Assembly (NCBI GenBank): GCA_965153355.1
Contig: OZ231126.1
Location: 48,360,001 to 48,424,000 of the forward strand
Direction: 5' to 3'
DNA from: Flaccisagitta enflata
Taxonomy: Eukaryota
Length of the DNA: 64,000 nt
Position 1 is the first letter of the stretch. Every line of letters starts with the position of its first letter. Below are positions 12,083 through 31,385 of the stretch, in pieces. The position numbers and the translations under genes are program-made. The notes under the pieces were generated by a model. The model saw nothing but the letters and a program-made list of their open reading frames with translations. It did not search any database and had not been told where the DNA came from.

Positions 12083-12717
12083 TTGTTGCGGATGGGTGGG
12101 TAGGGGCATTCCTCCATCCTAAACCCAATTCCCACCCCCCACACACAGACATACACAAAACTATCAATAACGCTCGTTTTTCCACTTTTCGACTCTATCA
12201 CCACAGACTGACGGACCGACAGATGGATGGCGTGCGGACAAATCTTATAGATAGATAGATCTTATAGATAGATAGATCCTCTTATAAATAGAGTTGCGTG
12301 TCCGCAACTAGAAAAAAGTGTTACCAACTAATGGACCGACTGACAGTAAATCTTATTTGTGAGTTTCTAATCCTTATTTTCAAATACGCGGTCTATACAG
12401 TGGCAAAAAGATGGTGGAACTGCAGGACCTCGCTTTGTTTTTGGACTTGGTCGCTGTTCGTAGCTGTGGTCGTGGAATTTGGATGATCAAGCAAGCGTAC
12501 AGGCTGATATTCAGGCACAGGTTGGGCTCAGAAATTACACAGACGCACAGAGAGAGACCGAGATGGTGTACGCTTTTTATTTTTTGCAAGAACATCATTT
12601 TTTGGCCGAAGCCTTCAAAAGAGATAGAGATAGATACTAATGAAATAACTATGATGTTCTTAATTTTGAGGCAATTTCAAGCCTTGATGTTCTTATAAAT
12701 TAGGTTCTTATTAAAAA

Positions 12718-14467
12718 AAAGCTTCAAAATTACAGTCCCCGACTGGGGACTGTAATTTTTGAAGCTTTCTCGTTGCGTAAACGCAACTCGATGAGATACA
12801 CGACAAGACAGCAATTTCAAGAAAAAAAGAAAAAAAATATTCAATATTCAATGCTGTTTTAATGATGACAAAAATTGATAATGATAACAATAGTGGATGA
12901 TGATGATGACAACAGTGAATGATAATGACAACAAAAATCTAAGAAAAAAATATTCAAAAAAATTTTAAAAAAATTTTTCCAAAAAATAAAAATTTCAAAA
13001 CAAATTTTTAAAAAATTTCAAAACAAATTTTTAAAAAATTTTCAAAAAATTTTCAAAAAATTTTCAAAATTTTTTTTTTTTTTAAATTTTTAAATTTTTT
13101 TTTGAAAAAAAATTTAGTAGTCGAGGATGATGACTGTAGTTGAAGTTGATGACAGTAGTTGAAGATTATGACAGTAGTTGAAGATGATGACAGTAGTTGA
13201 AGATGATGACAGTAGTTGAAGATGATGACAGTAGTTGAAGATGATGACAGTAGATAAAGATGATGATAGTAGTTAAAGATGATGACAGTGGTTGAAGATG
13301 ATGACAGTAGTTGAAGATGATGACAGTAGTTGAAGATGATGACAGTAGATAAAGATGATGATAGTAGTTAAAGATGATGACAGTGGTTGAAGATGATGAC
13401 AGTAGTTGAAGATGATGACAGTAGTTGAAGATGATGACAGTAGTTGAAGATGATGACAGTAGTTGAAGATGATGACAGTAGATAAAGATGATGATAGTAG
13501 TTGAAGATGATGACAGTAGTTGAAGATGATGACAGTAGTTGAAGATGATGACAGTAGTTGAAGATGATGACAGTAGTTGAAGATGATGACAGTAGTTGAA
13601 GATGATGACAGTAGTTGAAGATGATGACAGTAGTTGAAGATGATGACAGTAGTTGAAGATGATGACAGTAGTTGAAGATGATGACAGTAGTTGAAGATGA
13701 TGACAGTAGTTGAAGATGATGACAGAAGTTGATGATGATGACAGTAGTTGATGATGATGACAGTAGTTGAAGATGAATCTTGAAATCCATGATGGCAAAC
13801 CTAAAGAAAAATCAGAATGTAATAAATGAGCAAGTAAAAGAATTCCTCAACTCCAATCCTCTATAAAAATCGCCTAAGTCCTAGTAACATATTACTACAT
13901 TAATAAGCTAATATCTTATAAACCAGACTTCAGATTTAATTTGAATTTTGCAGGGGCAGTTCAATTAATATCTTTTACTTGTATACCAAATTAAAAAAGA
14001 ATTCACATAACTTTGCTACCCTTTGCCTATGTAAACTGTCTAAGTCATAGTAACATATTACTACATAAATAAGCTAATATCTCATAAACCAGACTTCAGA
14101 TTTAATTCGAATTTTGCAGGGGTTATTTATTTACTAGCCTCTACATGTATACCAAATTAAAAAAAAATTCATTAACTTTTACTACCCTCTACCTATGTAA
14201 ACCACATAAGTCCCAGCTAAATATTACTACAAAAATAATAGGCAAAGGGTAGTAAAAGTTAATGAATTTTTTTGAAAATTGGTACACAAGCTCCTATTGA
14301 CCTATAAACAACACCAGCAAAGTTTCATAAAATTCTGAAGTCTGGTTCCAAACATATGAGAAGGTTTTAAACAGACGACAGACGACAGACGACAGACGAC
14401 AGACGACAGACTACACATCAATGCTACTTCATAGTCACCGACGAAAACTGTTCGTCGGGGACAAAAA
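12718..14467. mobile_element. Probable Helentron-like element carrying two internal tandem arrays
   Basis: 5' palindrome AAAGCTTCAAAATTACAGTCCCC-GACT-GGGGACTGTAATTTTTGAAGCTTT. 3' end has (ACAGACG)n, then hairpin GTCACCGACGAA..TTCGTCGGGGAC, then an A-run. GTCCCCGAC at the 5' end mirrors GTCGGGGAC at the 3' end. Contains a 19-bp array and ~166-bp repeats (13876, 14042). Confidence 0.55.
13120..13775. repeat. 19-bp tandem minisatellite (AGTTGAAGATGATGACAGT)n, roughly 34 units
   Basis: Direct read. The 19-aa periodic ORFs 13166-13798 are 3 x 19-bp frame-cycling artefacts. Confidence 0.95.
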
Positions 14468-14687
14468 AGTGTAGTGTCGAAAATGGTGATGTGACATTCC
14501 ACTTCTGGAAGGATATATATCTTTAACAATCTTTACTTTTGCTAAAAAAACGGAAGATCAATGAAATTTGAAAAGAAAAACACTAAAAGTCTTAGATTTC
14601 TTTTATCTACTCTCCCTGATGTTGATGATCTTATCAAAAATACTCTTGCTATTGATACAGCCGAGTGCATCGTGTTACGCCACTATA

Positions 14688-14761
<74 letters not shown>

Positions 14762-15475
14762 AGACACTGACAGACTGAGAGACAAACAGACAAAGAGATC
14801 TTGCATTGCAGAAAAGAAAGCGTACTAGCTCAAAGACCTAATATTTCCATCTTTTCCAACTTCAGACGAGGAATTAAAGATCGTTTAGGATTACCGCGTC
14901 TGACGCTTTTCCTCAGGAAGAGCGCGTTTAAACATATTCGAGCGTGTTCGCACCAAATTGATTGATTGACGATACAGAGGATATGGAATTTGAATACTGA
15001 ACTGAGCTGTAACTATATCACTCAGCGACAAAATCGTCCTGACATTTTCTTTTAAACTGCGTGTTTATTCTCCTTTTTTGATTTATTGTCAATGCGGTTA
15101 ACCTATTCCTTGTGACGAGAATTGTATGCAGTGCTCTTACATCCCGCACTGGACGCTGAATTTGACCTCTATAGTCGGATCGATACTATTTTAGTATATT
15201 GTGAAATGAAATCATGTTTTTTTAACAGTTTGAACAATAAAAATTGATTTCTGCAGCTGTTATTGAGTAAAACGGACGAACCCTGACAAATTTCGTCATA
15301 TCTAACATTTTCAGTCAGAACACGGTATGAGCAAAAACGCGCTAAGCTAGTTTTTCGTTTGTTTACTTTTAGCCAGGAAAAAAGCGCGGACGGTTTCTGA
15401 GATGACAAGTCGAAAGATTTTTTCCGCCTAGATAGTAACCGTCCTTAGAATTACCTAACCGCTCTCTCTCTCTCT

Positions 15476-15632
<157 letters not shown>

Positions 15633-15892
15633 CAAATGTTTCGTCTTTTCTTGCCTTTGAGTGACGGTCTAGAGCGAGAAGTTGAACTGTTGACCCAAAA
15701 GGCCAAAGATAAACAAAAACCTTCCGATTTTTTCGTGTTTAGGATTCCCGTCTTTTTCTTTGTCCAACGTCTACGGTTTTGTTTCAGTTTTCAAAACATT
15801 TTTTTTTTCAAAACTATGTTTATCGTCGTTAATATTCATGCGCGCGTCCTCGCGAGTGAGTCCGTCTGTCGGAAAACCCTTATCAGAGAAAA

Positions 15893-16256
15893 AAGGCCAG
15901 ATACACGGCCACCGGTTGCGGACGGGTGGGCAGGGGCGGAAATGCGCGTTTGCCCACTTTTCGACTCGATCACCTCTACGGACCAACCGACCAACCGACC
16001 GACCGACGGACGGACAAAGCCTCTTATAGAGCTGCGTGTCCGCAACTAAACAAGGCCGGATACACGGCTACCCCAGTCGCGTGCGGGTGGGCAGGGGCCG
16101 TAATTGAGGTCACCAGATCATTTTGGCAGGAGCAGTGAAGCCAAAAATCCCAAAAACCCAAAAAAAGTAAAGTGTGACGGACGGACGGACGGACGGACGG
16201 ACGGACCGACGGACCGACAAAGCGGGGTGTAGAGTCGCGTAGCACGCGACTAAAAA
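15893..16256 (+). mobile_element. Two head-to-tail copies of short HINE/pearl-like family A (AACAAGGCCGGATACACGGC...hairpin-AAAAA)
   Basis: Each copy has a conserved head, a (GGAC/CCGA)n microsatellite and a 3' hairpin AGT(C/T)GCGT..ACGC(G/A)ACT followed by an A-run. Other copies at ~8953, 10800, 18514, 36460, 41696-41905, 48764-48910, 49137, 51147-51378 (-), 55600-55705 (-) and 60442-60782. Confidence 0.75.
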
Positions 16257-18899
16257 TCACAATTCAGTCGATGATCCATGATCCTCACGTTCACACCCCC
16301 AGTCCACCCCCCATGCACATCGTCATCACGCGTTCTAATTAGTCTATATGTAACCACCACAAGTGAATTAGTGTAGAATTTTTTCCACTGCAATATGACC
16401 CTCGGTCTGTCGGTAACACTTTATTTTTTCTTCGTTTACAGGCGTATTTTGCCTCACTGCCCCCAAAAAAGCCCTTATTGAGAATTTTTTTTTTTTTGAA
16501 AAAAAAAGTGGGTTGCAATCAATAGGAAATTGTTTGATTTGCCCAGATCCAAAATCTTGTATTTTCACTTTTTTCAAAAAACTTAGAAAATTTTTATGTC
16601 GCGCGTCAGGGACTTAGAAAAAAAATCACAAAATATTTTTTTGAAAAATGGTTTTCAAGAGTGGGGTGCAATTGATAGGAAATTGTTTTATTCACCTAGA
16701 TCCAAAACCTGTAAAATTATTTTTTTCAAAAAATTCAAAAATTTGATTGGGGGCGAGTTCAAAGGAAAAACGGAAAAAAAGAACGTCGGTTTTCTCTTTT
16801 ACTTTTTAAGCATGCAGAAGGCCGTAACTTCTAAAGGCTGTTTCTATAATCTCCTTTTTGAGAGATGGCCAAATAGGTCAATTTCAAAATAAAGAAAATT
16901 TGACAAAAACATTCATAATCAGATAGCTTAATTTAATATGAACATGGTTCAGAAACTGAATTTTTTTACTGATCCTTGATTTTCATGTAAATTAGGCTAA
17001 AATGCAACAAATAATGATCAAAAATAAGCAAAAATTGAGTTGTTAAAGTCAGCAAACCCAAAAAAATGGGAATATTTTACCAAATCACAGTTCAAGAATT
17101 CAATCAGACCTGATTCTGCTGAAAAAAATTGAGATTTCAATTTTTTTTTTGAAAATTCTCTATAAGCAGCTTTTTTGGCTGGTTGGGCCAGTTGGCAAAA
17201 ATTTACTGAATCTTTCGGCAACGGTTGATTTAAGTAGGCATTCTCTGAAAGAACCACTGTGCAAAATTTCAGCCAAATCGGACAAATATTTTAGAAGTTA
17301 TGCCATTTTTTAAATTTTTTGGGTGGTAGGCTGGTTGGGCCGGTTGGGTTGGTTAGATGTGTCCTAGATGCACCAAATGCTCTGTTCGTAATAGTTCCAG
17401 TACAGTATTGATCCATGCAAAAAATCTTTCGTCTCTCTCAAAGGGTTTCCAAGATATGGGCATTTCATGATTTTTTTGGTTTACCATTTTGCTGCAAGTG
17501 CATACATGCGCCGATAACAAAGAATTAACTACGAAGATTCATCTTGAAGCGGGATTATTCTGCAACAATTTACTGACCAATCACATTGAAAATTTCATTA
17601 TGGCTGAATGCCTGGGAGTTAAGACCTGAAATTTTCAGTGTAAATACAAAATTTCATGCTCTTTCTCATCATGTTATCCAAATTTCCATCATCAGTTTCA
17701 CAATGGCGTGACAGTGACAGACTTAAAGCGTGACATGAGCGTGACAGAAGAGCTGGGGGGGTGTGCAGAATAATCACGCTTGAAGAAAAGTGTCATTTTG
17801 GGGGATTGGGGTGTCACAGTGGCATGAAATTTGGAGCGTATGTCCTTCAAGTAGTCCTCTATTAGGTAGAAACCTGAAAAGTGATTAATTTTGAGAATTT
17901 ATAGAGTTTTAGAAAAAGATAATAGGCATACTGAGATTTTGCCATGAAATAGCAAAAAAATTGGTAGGATCAAAATTTGATGATAATACAATTTTTGAAC
18001 AACTTAGCATTTGCGCAGTAGGATGAAATTTTTTGTACATCACATCGGATTGATGATAACTGATTAAAAACTGAGAAATGATCAGATAATCTATTTTTTG
18101 ATAGGTTTTGCTTATTATTTGCTTGTCCGGACAAAATCCGGACATGCCAATGTGGCCAATTTGACCTAATTTTTAGGCCCCCTAGGGTTAGGGGTAGTCA
18201 CAAAAAATGGTGTGGCAAGGTAATCCGGATAGTTAGGGAGGTCATCCAACTATAGAAACTTGTCACAATGCAATAGACATTGCGGTAACACTGTTAATGT
18301 CGTGGTGAGTCGGGTTCTCGCGTCGAAAAGAGATTGTGACATTAGCCTAAACTATTGATGCGATTGTCCTGAAATTTGAAATACTAGCTGACGTTATGCT
18401 TCTCGACGTACGAGCTAAAAATCTCGATTGTGAACCGTCGTAAAGTTGGGCGCACTTCTTCGCCTACCGTTGGTCATTTTTGTTAGGAGTTTCTGTGGAC
18501 GTTGATGCTGATAAAACAAGGCCGGATACTCGGCCACCAGTTGCGGACGGTTGGGCAGGGGCGGAAATGCGCGTTTTTTCCACTTTTCAACTCTAGCGTA
18601 ACGGACCAACGGACGGACGGACGGACGGACGGACAAAGCCTCTTATAGAGTTGCGTGTCCGCAACTAAAAAAGAGAAAAAAATCAGGGAAACTGGTTGAG
18701 GCGGAACTCTATTTGTAAAATACGTTATGAATGTGGCTAAGATGCTAATAAAAGACATTTCCTCTCCATTTCAGCTTCGGAATGTTAAAAAGTATAAACA
18801 AAAAAGTCGAGCACGTCGACGGTTACAACAGCACTACTACTACAACGGTGTAACCTGCATCAAGCATGTAGAAGAAGCAATTATGACCCATCAACAGTT

Positions 18900-19190
<291 letters not shown>

Positions 19191-20223
19191 AGGTGTCTTG
19201 ATCAAAGCTTTGTCCGACGATTGCGGCAATTATCGACGCTGCAACACGGCCTCCTGCTGTTGCTGGTGCAGCGTGCGTCGTAGCAACAGCTCGTGACGCG
19301 ATTTCATCGCTCTTTCTCTTTCCCTTTTTTCTATTCTTCTTCTTCTTTTTCCCTCCTACCCGATCTCTCCGTTTCGTTCGTCGGGAGTATAAAATTCCGT
19401 CTCAGAGTATTTTCCGCTCCAGTCGCGAAGGAAAAACTGAGGAGAGGAAATTAAATATAGAAACTGAGAAAAAAATCTTTGTTTGGAACCAAATTCATCG
19501 TGATATCAAAAGACTTCGTCCTATTTGAAAAGAAGATACGGTGCAGAAACTTGATTAAACTCTGTTTTGTAAAAAAATGCTAAGTTCCGGTGTTGAAACA
19601 TAATTAAATTCTCTGTTTTATACAAACGTCGAGAAATTAAAACAGGAAGAGAGAGGAGCACTTTTTTCCTTCAATGTCTTCCCTTGAAGGACTTTCTCTC
19701 TCTCGATCTCAAGCTGTCTCTTACAACGATTCAAAACAATTACACAAATTTTGAAAATCTTCGAAAGAAAAATTGCCATGCTTGTAAAGAGCGATTTTTC
19801 AAAAGTAACATCGCTGAATATGTAGAAAGTAAGAATAAAATTGAACACACAGACTAAAGACGGAAAAGACAAAACAAATACTAAAAATATTCAACCCGAG
19901 AAAAACAAACCAATTCCCTACAAAACCAAACGAGATTACAAACATTTCAGCCGTGATTGAAAAACCTTAAAAGTTTAAAATAAACACTCATAATTTGCCC
20001 TGAGGAAAAAAAAAGACGTAAGAACATTGAAAAGGGAAGAAAACTTAAGTGTTGAATAAGAAAATAAGAGGAACAAAGAAGATTGCCGTGGATCGAGACT
20101 AACAAAGGGGACTTAAACAGCGAAAAGGAGCAGGATTAAGAATGGATTCGATTCCCGTAGACGGTGACATCCATTTGATGGGGAGAAAGGACATTTTCCC
20201 CGAAATTGGAAAGGAAAACGAAA

Positions 20224-25501
<5,278 letters not shown>

Positions 25502-25719
25502 ATAAAGTGGCTTATGTTATGAAATGAGAGCGTGTGCACATGTGTGATTGTTCGCACACGTGTAAAGAAAGAATTAAAGGACGGCGTATGGTACTGGAGA
25601 GGCAAAATGATATTTGCTTCCGAAACATGCCGAGCGCCTTTACAGTGTTTTCAATGATTTGTCCGACTGATTTCTCTGTCTACCTCTCTCCGTCGACCTG
25701 TCTCTGACATTCTCTCTCT

Positions 25720-25788
<69 letters not shown>

Positions 25789-26500
25789 ATCGGCATTTTT
25801 CTCGCTTTTCACTTTAACACCATTTAGATTGTAGCGTCACTAAAACGGCAACTGGGGTTGCCGCCTTAGCTTGTGTATTTATTACATGACAATGTTGTCA
25901 TCATACATCATCCATTTCCATCCAGTGAAGGAAAAAATCAGTACACACTTAAGTCATCAGCTAGTCTTTTTCGTGATTTTCTTTCGTTAATCATCCAATC
26001 AATCATTCGTCTTTCTCTCGATTCTAGTTTCGATGATCGTTATTTGATCTAAATCGCTGTTGATTTCTCATGTTGTTAATCATGTTATGTTTTAATGAAA
26101 AAGACCAAAACAAAAAAACACTTGCGTGTTACTGCAAAAAAAAAAAACTATTCTGATATGGAAATAGTTAAATCAGATCTCTTTCTGATGAGATAATTAT
26201 TCAAACAGTTTGTGCATATATGTCATATTGTTAGGGGCCGAGGGGCTATGGTAAACCCAACTGCCAGTTTTACCCACCAAGCATGCATACTCGGCAGATT
26301 AGGGGGCGTCTCGGCAGCTTCTAGAAGAGAATTAAAAAGAATTTATAAACACGGTCGAATTGACCATATACTAAGTTCGAAAGAATAATGACTAGATTGT
26401 GACAAAAAAGTCCTATGCATATTGTAGTTATTTTGTTTCTTCTTCTTTCTGGTAGCAACAAGCAATTGAAGTAAAGGTTCAAGCGCTCAGATGATAGATG

Positions 26501-26824
26501 CAGGCCTGTATATTCTTGAGTTTCCCCCCCCCCCGTGGGGGGGGGAAAAAAATCAAAAGGTCTGGAGATGGGGAAGGAAATCTAAGGGGGAAAAAAGAGA
26601 AAAAAAGGAAATTTGGGGAAAATATAACTTTTTACAGTACCAAATCATAAAACTCAATTAGTAGAACACAATTTAACACTATTTAAACCTTAACTACATA
26701 CTTTTATTGCTATATGGGGAAGAAAATCATGGATATAAAAATGCGACGCGACGCGTCGCGGGGAAGAAAATCAAAGGCAGGGGGGGGAAAAAAATCAAAA
26801 GCGACTCAAGAATATACACCCCTG
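26501..26824. mobile_element. hAT-type MITE
   Basis: TIR CAGG..TGTATATTCTTGAGT / ACTCAAGAATATACACCCCTG with perfect 8-bp TSD GATAGATG (26493-26500, 26825-26832). A truncated relative lies at ~54442-54590. Confidence 0.9.
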
Positions 26825-28471
26825 GATAGATGTCTACGCATTAAAAGTTATGTGATGTGATTTGATATTCAACTATTATTTCATTGACATCAGGATGGTT
26901 GAATGCAGAGCCTATAACCAAAAACTTTCATTTTCAAAAAATCTTACTCATAATCATTCAATCCGCACTAGTCTGTATTTGCACCGTGTACTTTAAACTA
27001 GGAGTACTGCCACTTTTATGACGGTTTCTGGTGGTCCAACCCATGTGTAATCCATGGCAAATGAGTGCAAAAAATTTCCCAGAGCGCTTTTTGAAATATT
27101 CACATTTTTTACTTTCATGAAGTACAGGTCATTGAATTTTCCCATTTTTTGGACAATCAACCTTGTTTTGCTTATAACTTTTAAACGAATCAAGCTAGAA
27201 ATCCCAGATTGGTCCCATTTTAAAGATCTCTTCAAGATCTTTCCAACCGTCACCGATTTTTTGTAAAACCGTTCAAAAACAACTGAGATATAACTTGCCA
27301 AACAAGCAATTTCATGGGGATCATGGACAATTTTCCAGGTTGTGGAATTTTTCTTATTTTTGGAACAATTTACTTGTTTTGCTTGTAACTTTTGAACGAA
27401 TTAAGCTAGAATTGCCAGATTGGTCCCATTTTAAAGAATTTTTGAAGCTCTTTCAAACTGTCACAATTTTTTTGTGAATCAGCTAAGAAATGGCTGAGAT
27501 TTGACTTGTCAAACATGAGCAATATCATGGTGATTTGGAGCGATTTTCCCACCATCTTTTTCAGTTTTTTTTTTACTTTAGATACCTCCTTCGCTCCTTA
27601 CATCTGTTTAAAAGTCATTATACGATGTCAGTTCATCATTGTAGTCTGTCAGTCAGTCTGTTGGCCTTTGGAAAGGGCTGATTTGAAAATAGAAAGGGTT
27701 AGTTAGAGGCTTGACAGTGCTGATTTGAAGCTTGAGAGGGCAGAACTATCGATTGAGGTATAAAAGGGCTGAATTGAGGTATGATAAGGCTGAATCGAGG
27801 TTTGAGAAGGCTGAATTTAGGACTAAGAAGGCTGACCAGAGGAGGGGGGATGAACAAATGAAAGGAACCAGGGCAATGTGGTCAATGATACTTTATAGGT
27901 AGCGGTCCCTAAGGGGACAAACTCCTGTAAAACACAGTGGACTTTCGTTGGTCCATCCGTCCTTCCATCTATTTGTCTGTATTCTTGTCACCCCCATCAA
28001 GAATCTAGCCCCCTGGGCCTGGAATAAGCCCTCCAAGGCCTGAATTCTGCCCTCTCAAGCCTGAAATCTGCCCTCTCAGACCCATAATTTGCCCTCTCAT
28101 GCTTTTGATTTGCCCTCTCAGGCATAGTATCTTCCCTCACAGGCTTCAGATCTGCCAACTCAGGCCTAAAATCTGTCCTCACAGGTTACAAATCTGCCCT
28201 CTTAGGCCTGAAATCTGCCCTCTCAGGCCTCAAATCAGACTTCTCAGGCCTCACATCAACCTCTAGAACTCAGATCTGCTATCTCAGGCCTCTAATCTGT
28301 TCTGGGCCTAAGATCAGCCCTCTCAGGCTTTCCATTTGCCCTGGCAGATTAACAATCACTTATCAATCATCTCGGGTCTCAAAGCAGCCATCTCAAGCCT
28401 CAGAATGAAGATGATGACAAATGGACTGACAGATGGATGCATGAAAGTTCCCCAGTGTTCTCTGGACTTAA

Positions 28472-29080
28472 GACGGCAAATTTTTGAAGGAAAATGAAGT
28501 GTTTCACCATACTTTTTGCATCATTATCAGGACAGTAATGAAGCTGGGATGCTTTCAGTTGACAAATTGTCTTTAAAGATACTTGGTGCATACAACTTTA
28601 TCATATTTTGACCTAAAATGTAATTTGAACTTTGCAGTTCACATGAAAACAAGGAGGAAAATGATGATTTTTAGTGAATTTCTGCTTACACTTTTTTCTA
28701 TTTTCTTAGGTCGAAATTCTAAGAAAGCCACAAACAGGGAAATTTTACATTTTGAAAAACATAGTTCTCTCTGTAATCGATTTGGGAAGAGAACTATGTT
28801 CTTGGTTTTCGCATTTTTTCATTCTCTATGCAAATTTAGAATTTCGACCAGCCCTCTATCATTGACTAAAAATGAAAAAGGTAAAAATTTTCAATGATTT
28901 TTTTAAGTATCATTGGCTAAACTTTCTCCTCTTGCTAATTAAATGCAAATTTTTCTTTTGAATATCATATCTGACCCATCTCAATCACTTTTATTCACTT
29001 ATTTTTGCATTTTCATTTATTCATTTTTTCTATTTTGACCTTCTTTGAAACACAAATGTTGGCTTCGGAGGGACGCTGTC
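28472..29080. mobile_element. TTAA-targeted insertion (Kolobok-like termini) in the left arm of the foldback
   Basis: TTAA|GACGGC...GCTGTC|TTAA. Removing it restores colinearity with the right arm (GGGGATTAAGTCCAG at ~30084-30098). Confidence 0.75.
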
Positions 29081-30790
29081 TTAATCCCCTTTGGGGCAGC
29101 TGCCCTGCTTCATCTCACTCCAACTCACAATCATGTAAAGCAGAGCAATGGGTATCGCTGACCACATTTTTCGCTTGAGCGAGATGGAGGTGACCATATG
29201 ACGCTTGAGCGACCTGTTGGGAAGTCTGTCAAACATGGGACCTTTGTTTTTGGGCAGTGGTCTGGAAGGCCAAAGGAGACAAAGTCCTGTGGAACACTTA
29301 TGTTCATCCCTTTGTCTGTGCATTGATTCTCCCACCAATTGGGCCTGTAAGGCCTGGAATCAGGCCTCCCAGGCCTCAAATTCATCATTTCAGACAAAAT
29401 TAACCCTTTTAGACCTAAAATATGCCTCTTAGGCCTTAAATTAGCCCTCTCAAACCTCAAATCAGCTCTCTCAGGTCTCAAATCAGACCTCTAAGGCATA
29501 AAACAACTCTATTAGCCCTCAAATTGTCCCTTTCAGACCTCAAATCAGCCCTCTAAAGCTTCAACTCTGCCCTAACATGCTTCAGATCAGCCCTCTCTGG
29601 CCTCAAAACAGCACTCTGGCCTTGAATCAACAATCTGTGTCCTCAAATCAGCGCAGTTGGGCTTCTAATCAGCCCTCTCAGCCCTCAAATTAGTCTTTAC
29701 AGGCACAAACTCAGGCCTCTGAGCCTCTCAGGTACAAAATCAGCCCTCTCAGGCTTAAAATCAGTCCCCTCAGGCTTCAAACCAGCTTTCTCAAGCATCA
29801 AATCTGCCAGCTCAGCTTGCAATCAGCCCTCTCAGCCTTCAAATTGGCCAAGTTGACTTTCTCAGACCTAAAATTATCCTTAAAGAGGCTTGCAGGCTAT
29901 CAAACACCCCTGATCAGCTCTCTTGAGTACCTCATCTGGGTGAGCAAAAGTCCCTCTGTGTCCCAATTTACGCCTCTGCCCTGCTCCCTCTCACTCAAGA
30001 GTAATATGTGGTCAGCGATACCCATTGCTCCGCTTTACATGATTTCGAGTTGGAGAGAGAGGAAGCAGGGCTGCTGCCCTGAAGGGGATTAAGTCCAGTA
30101 GAACACAAGGGAACTTCCATGCGTCCATCTGTCAGTCCATTTGTCATTATCTTCATTCTGAGGCTTGAGATGGCTGCTTTGAGACCTGAGATGAATAATT
30201 AATGATTGTAAGTCTGCCAGGGCAAATTGAAAGCCTGAGAGGGCTGATCTTAGGCCAGGAACAGATTAGAGGCCTGAGATAGCAGATCTGAGTTCTGGAG
30301 GTTGATGTGAGGCCTGAGAAATCAGATTTGAGGCCTGAGAGGGCAGGTTTCAGGCCTAAAAGGGCAGATTTGTAACCTGTGAGGACAGATTTTAGGCCTG
30401 AGTTGGCAGATTTGAAGCTTGTGAGGGAAGATATTATGCCTAAGAGGGCAAATTATGGGTCTGAAAGGGCAGATTTCAGGCTTGAGAGAGCAGAATTCAG
30501 GCCTTGGAGGGCTTATTCCAGATCTAGAAGGCTAGATTCTTAATGGGGGTGACCAAAATACAGACAAATGGATGGAAGGACGGATGAACCAACGAAAGTC
30601 TACTGTGTTCTACATGAGTTTGTACCCTTAGGGACCGCTGCCTATAAAGTATCACTGACCACATTGCCCTTAAGCACCTGGTTCCTTCTGTTTGTTTATC
30701 CCCCCTCCTCTGGTCAGCCTTCTTAATCCTCAATTCAGCCTTCTCAAACCTCCATTCAGCCTTATCATACCTCAATTCAGCCCTTTCATA

Positions 30791-31385
30791 CAGTGGGGTT
30801 CGTGGAATAACAGCCTAAACTGGAGGAAGGTATTTAAGTGTATTAATTTCCTTTGACAAACTTGATATTTGAAATTTAAGTTGTTCAGTCAATGCTTTTG
30901 TCCCTGAGTTTTTTGGTTGCTATGGAAACCAAAATTATTTTTTCAAACATTCATAACCACTAAAAAATCAATATTTTGAGAAATATTGTCAGGGAACATT
31001 GTTCAAAATTAAATTTGCTACAACTTTCCCACAGTATGTTCTGTAAGAATATTGCTCGTTTGGCCGTTGCTAGGGGGCATCACACCTAGCAACCGCTAAA
31101 TGATGCTCCCTAGCAACGGCTAAACAAGCAATATTCTTACAGGACATACTGTGGGAAAGTTGTAGCAAATTTAATTCTGAGCAATGTTCCCTGACAATAT
31201 TTGTTAAAATATCGATATTCTAGTTGTTATAAATGTTCAAAAAAATAATTTTGGTTTCCGTAGCAACCGAAAAACTCAGGAACAAAAGCATGAAGTGAAC
31301 AACTTATATTTCAAATATCAAGTTTGTCAAATGAAATTAAGACACTTAAATACCTTCCTCCAGTTTAGGCTTTTATTCCCCACTG
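30791..31385. mobile_element. Tc1/mariner-type, almost fully palindromic MITE in the right arm of the foldback
   Basis: TA|CAGTGGGG...CCCCACTG|TA; ~280-bp arms pair almost to the centre (~31075-31105). Confidence 0.9.

Noticed and set aside
11514..12185. 223-aa RPQIWPL-repeat ORF as a real gene
   Set aside because: Lies entirely within a dispersed repeat family; the heptad periodicity follows from the 21-bp unit.
13120..13798. CRISPR-like array or 210-aa repeat protein
   Set aside because: Contiguous 19-bp units with no spacers; the ORFs are frame-cycling products of the tandem repeat, and the context is eukaryotic with no cas genes.
26993..27477. Mirrored ORFs in the foldback arms as transposase fragments
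   Set aside because: No DDE or zinc-finger motifs; AT-rich subterminal repeat sequence with frames broken between the arms.
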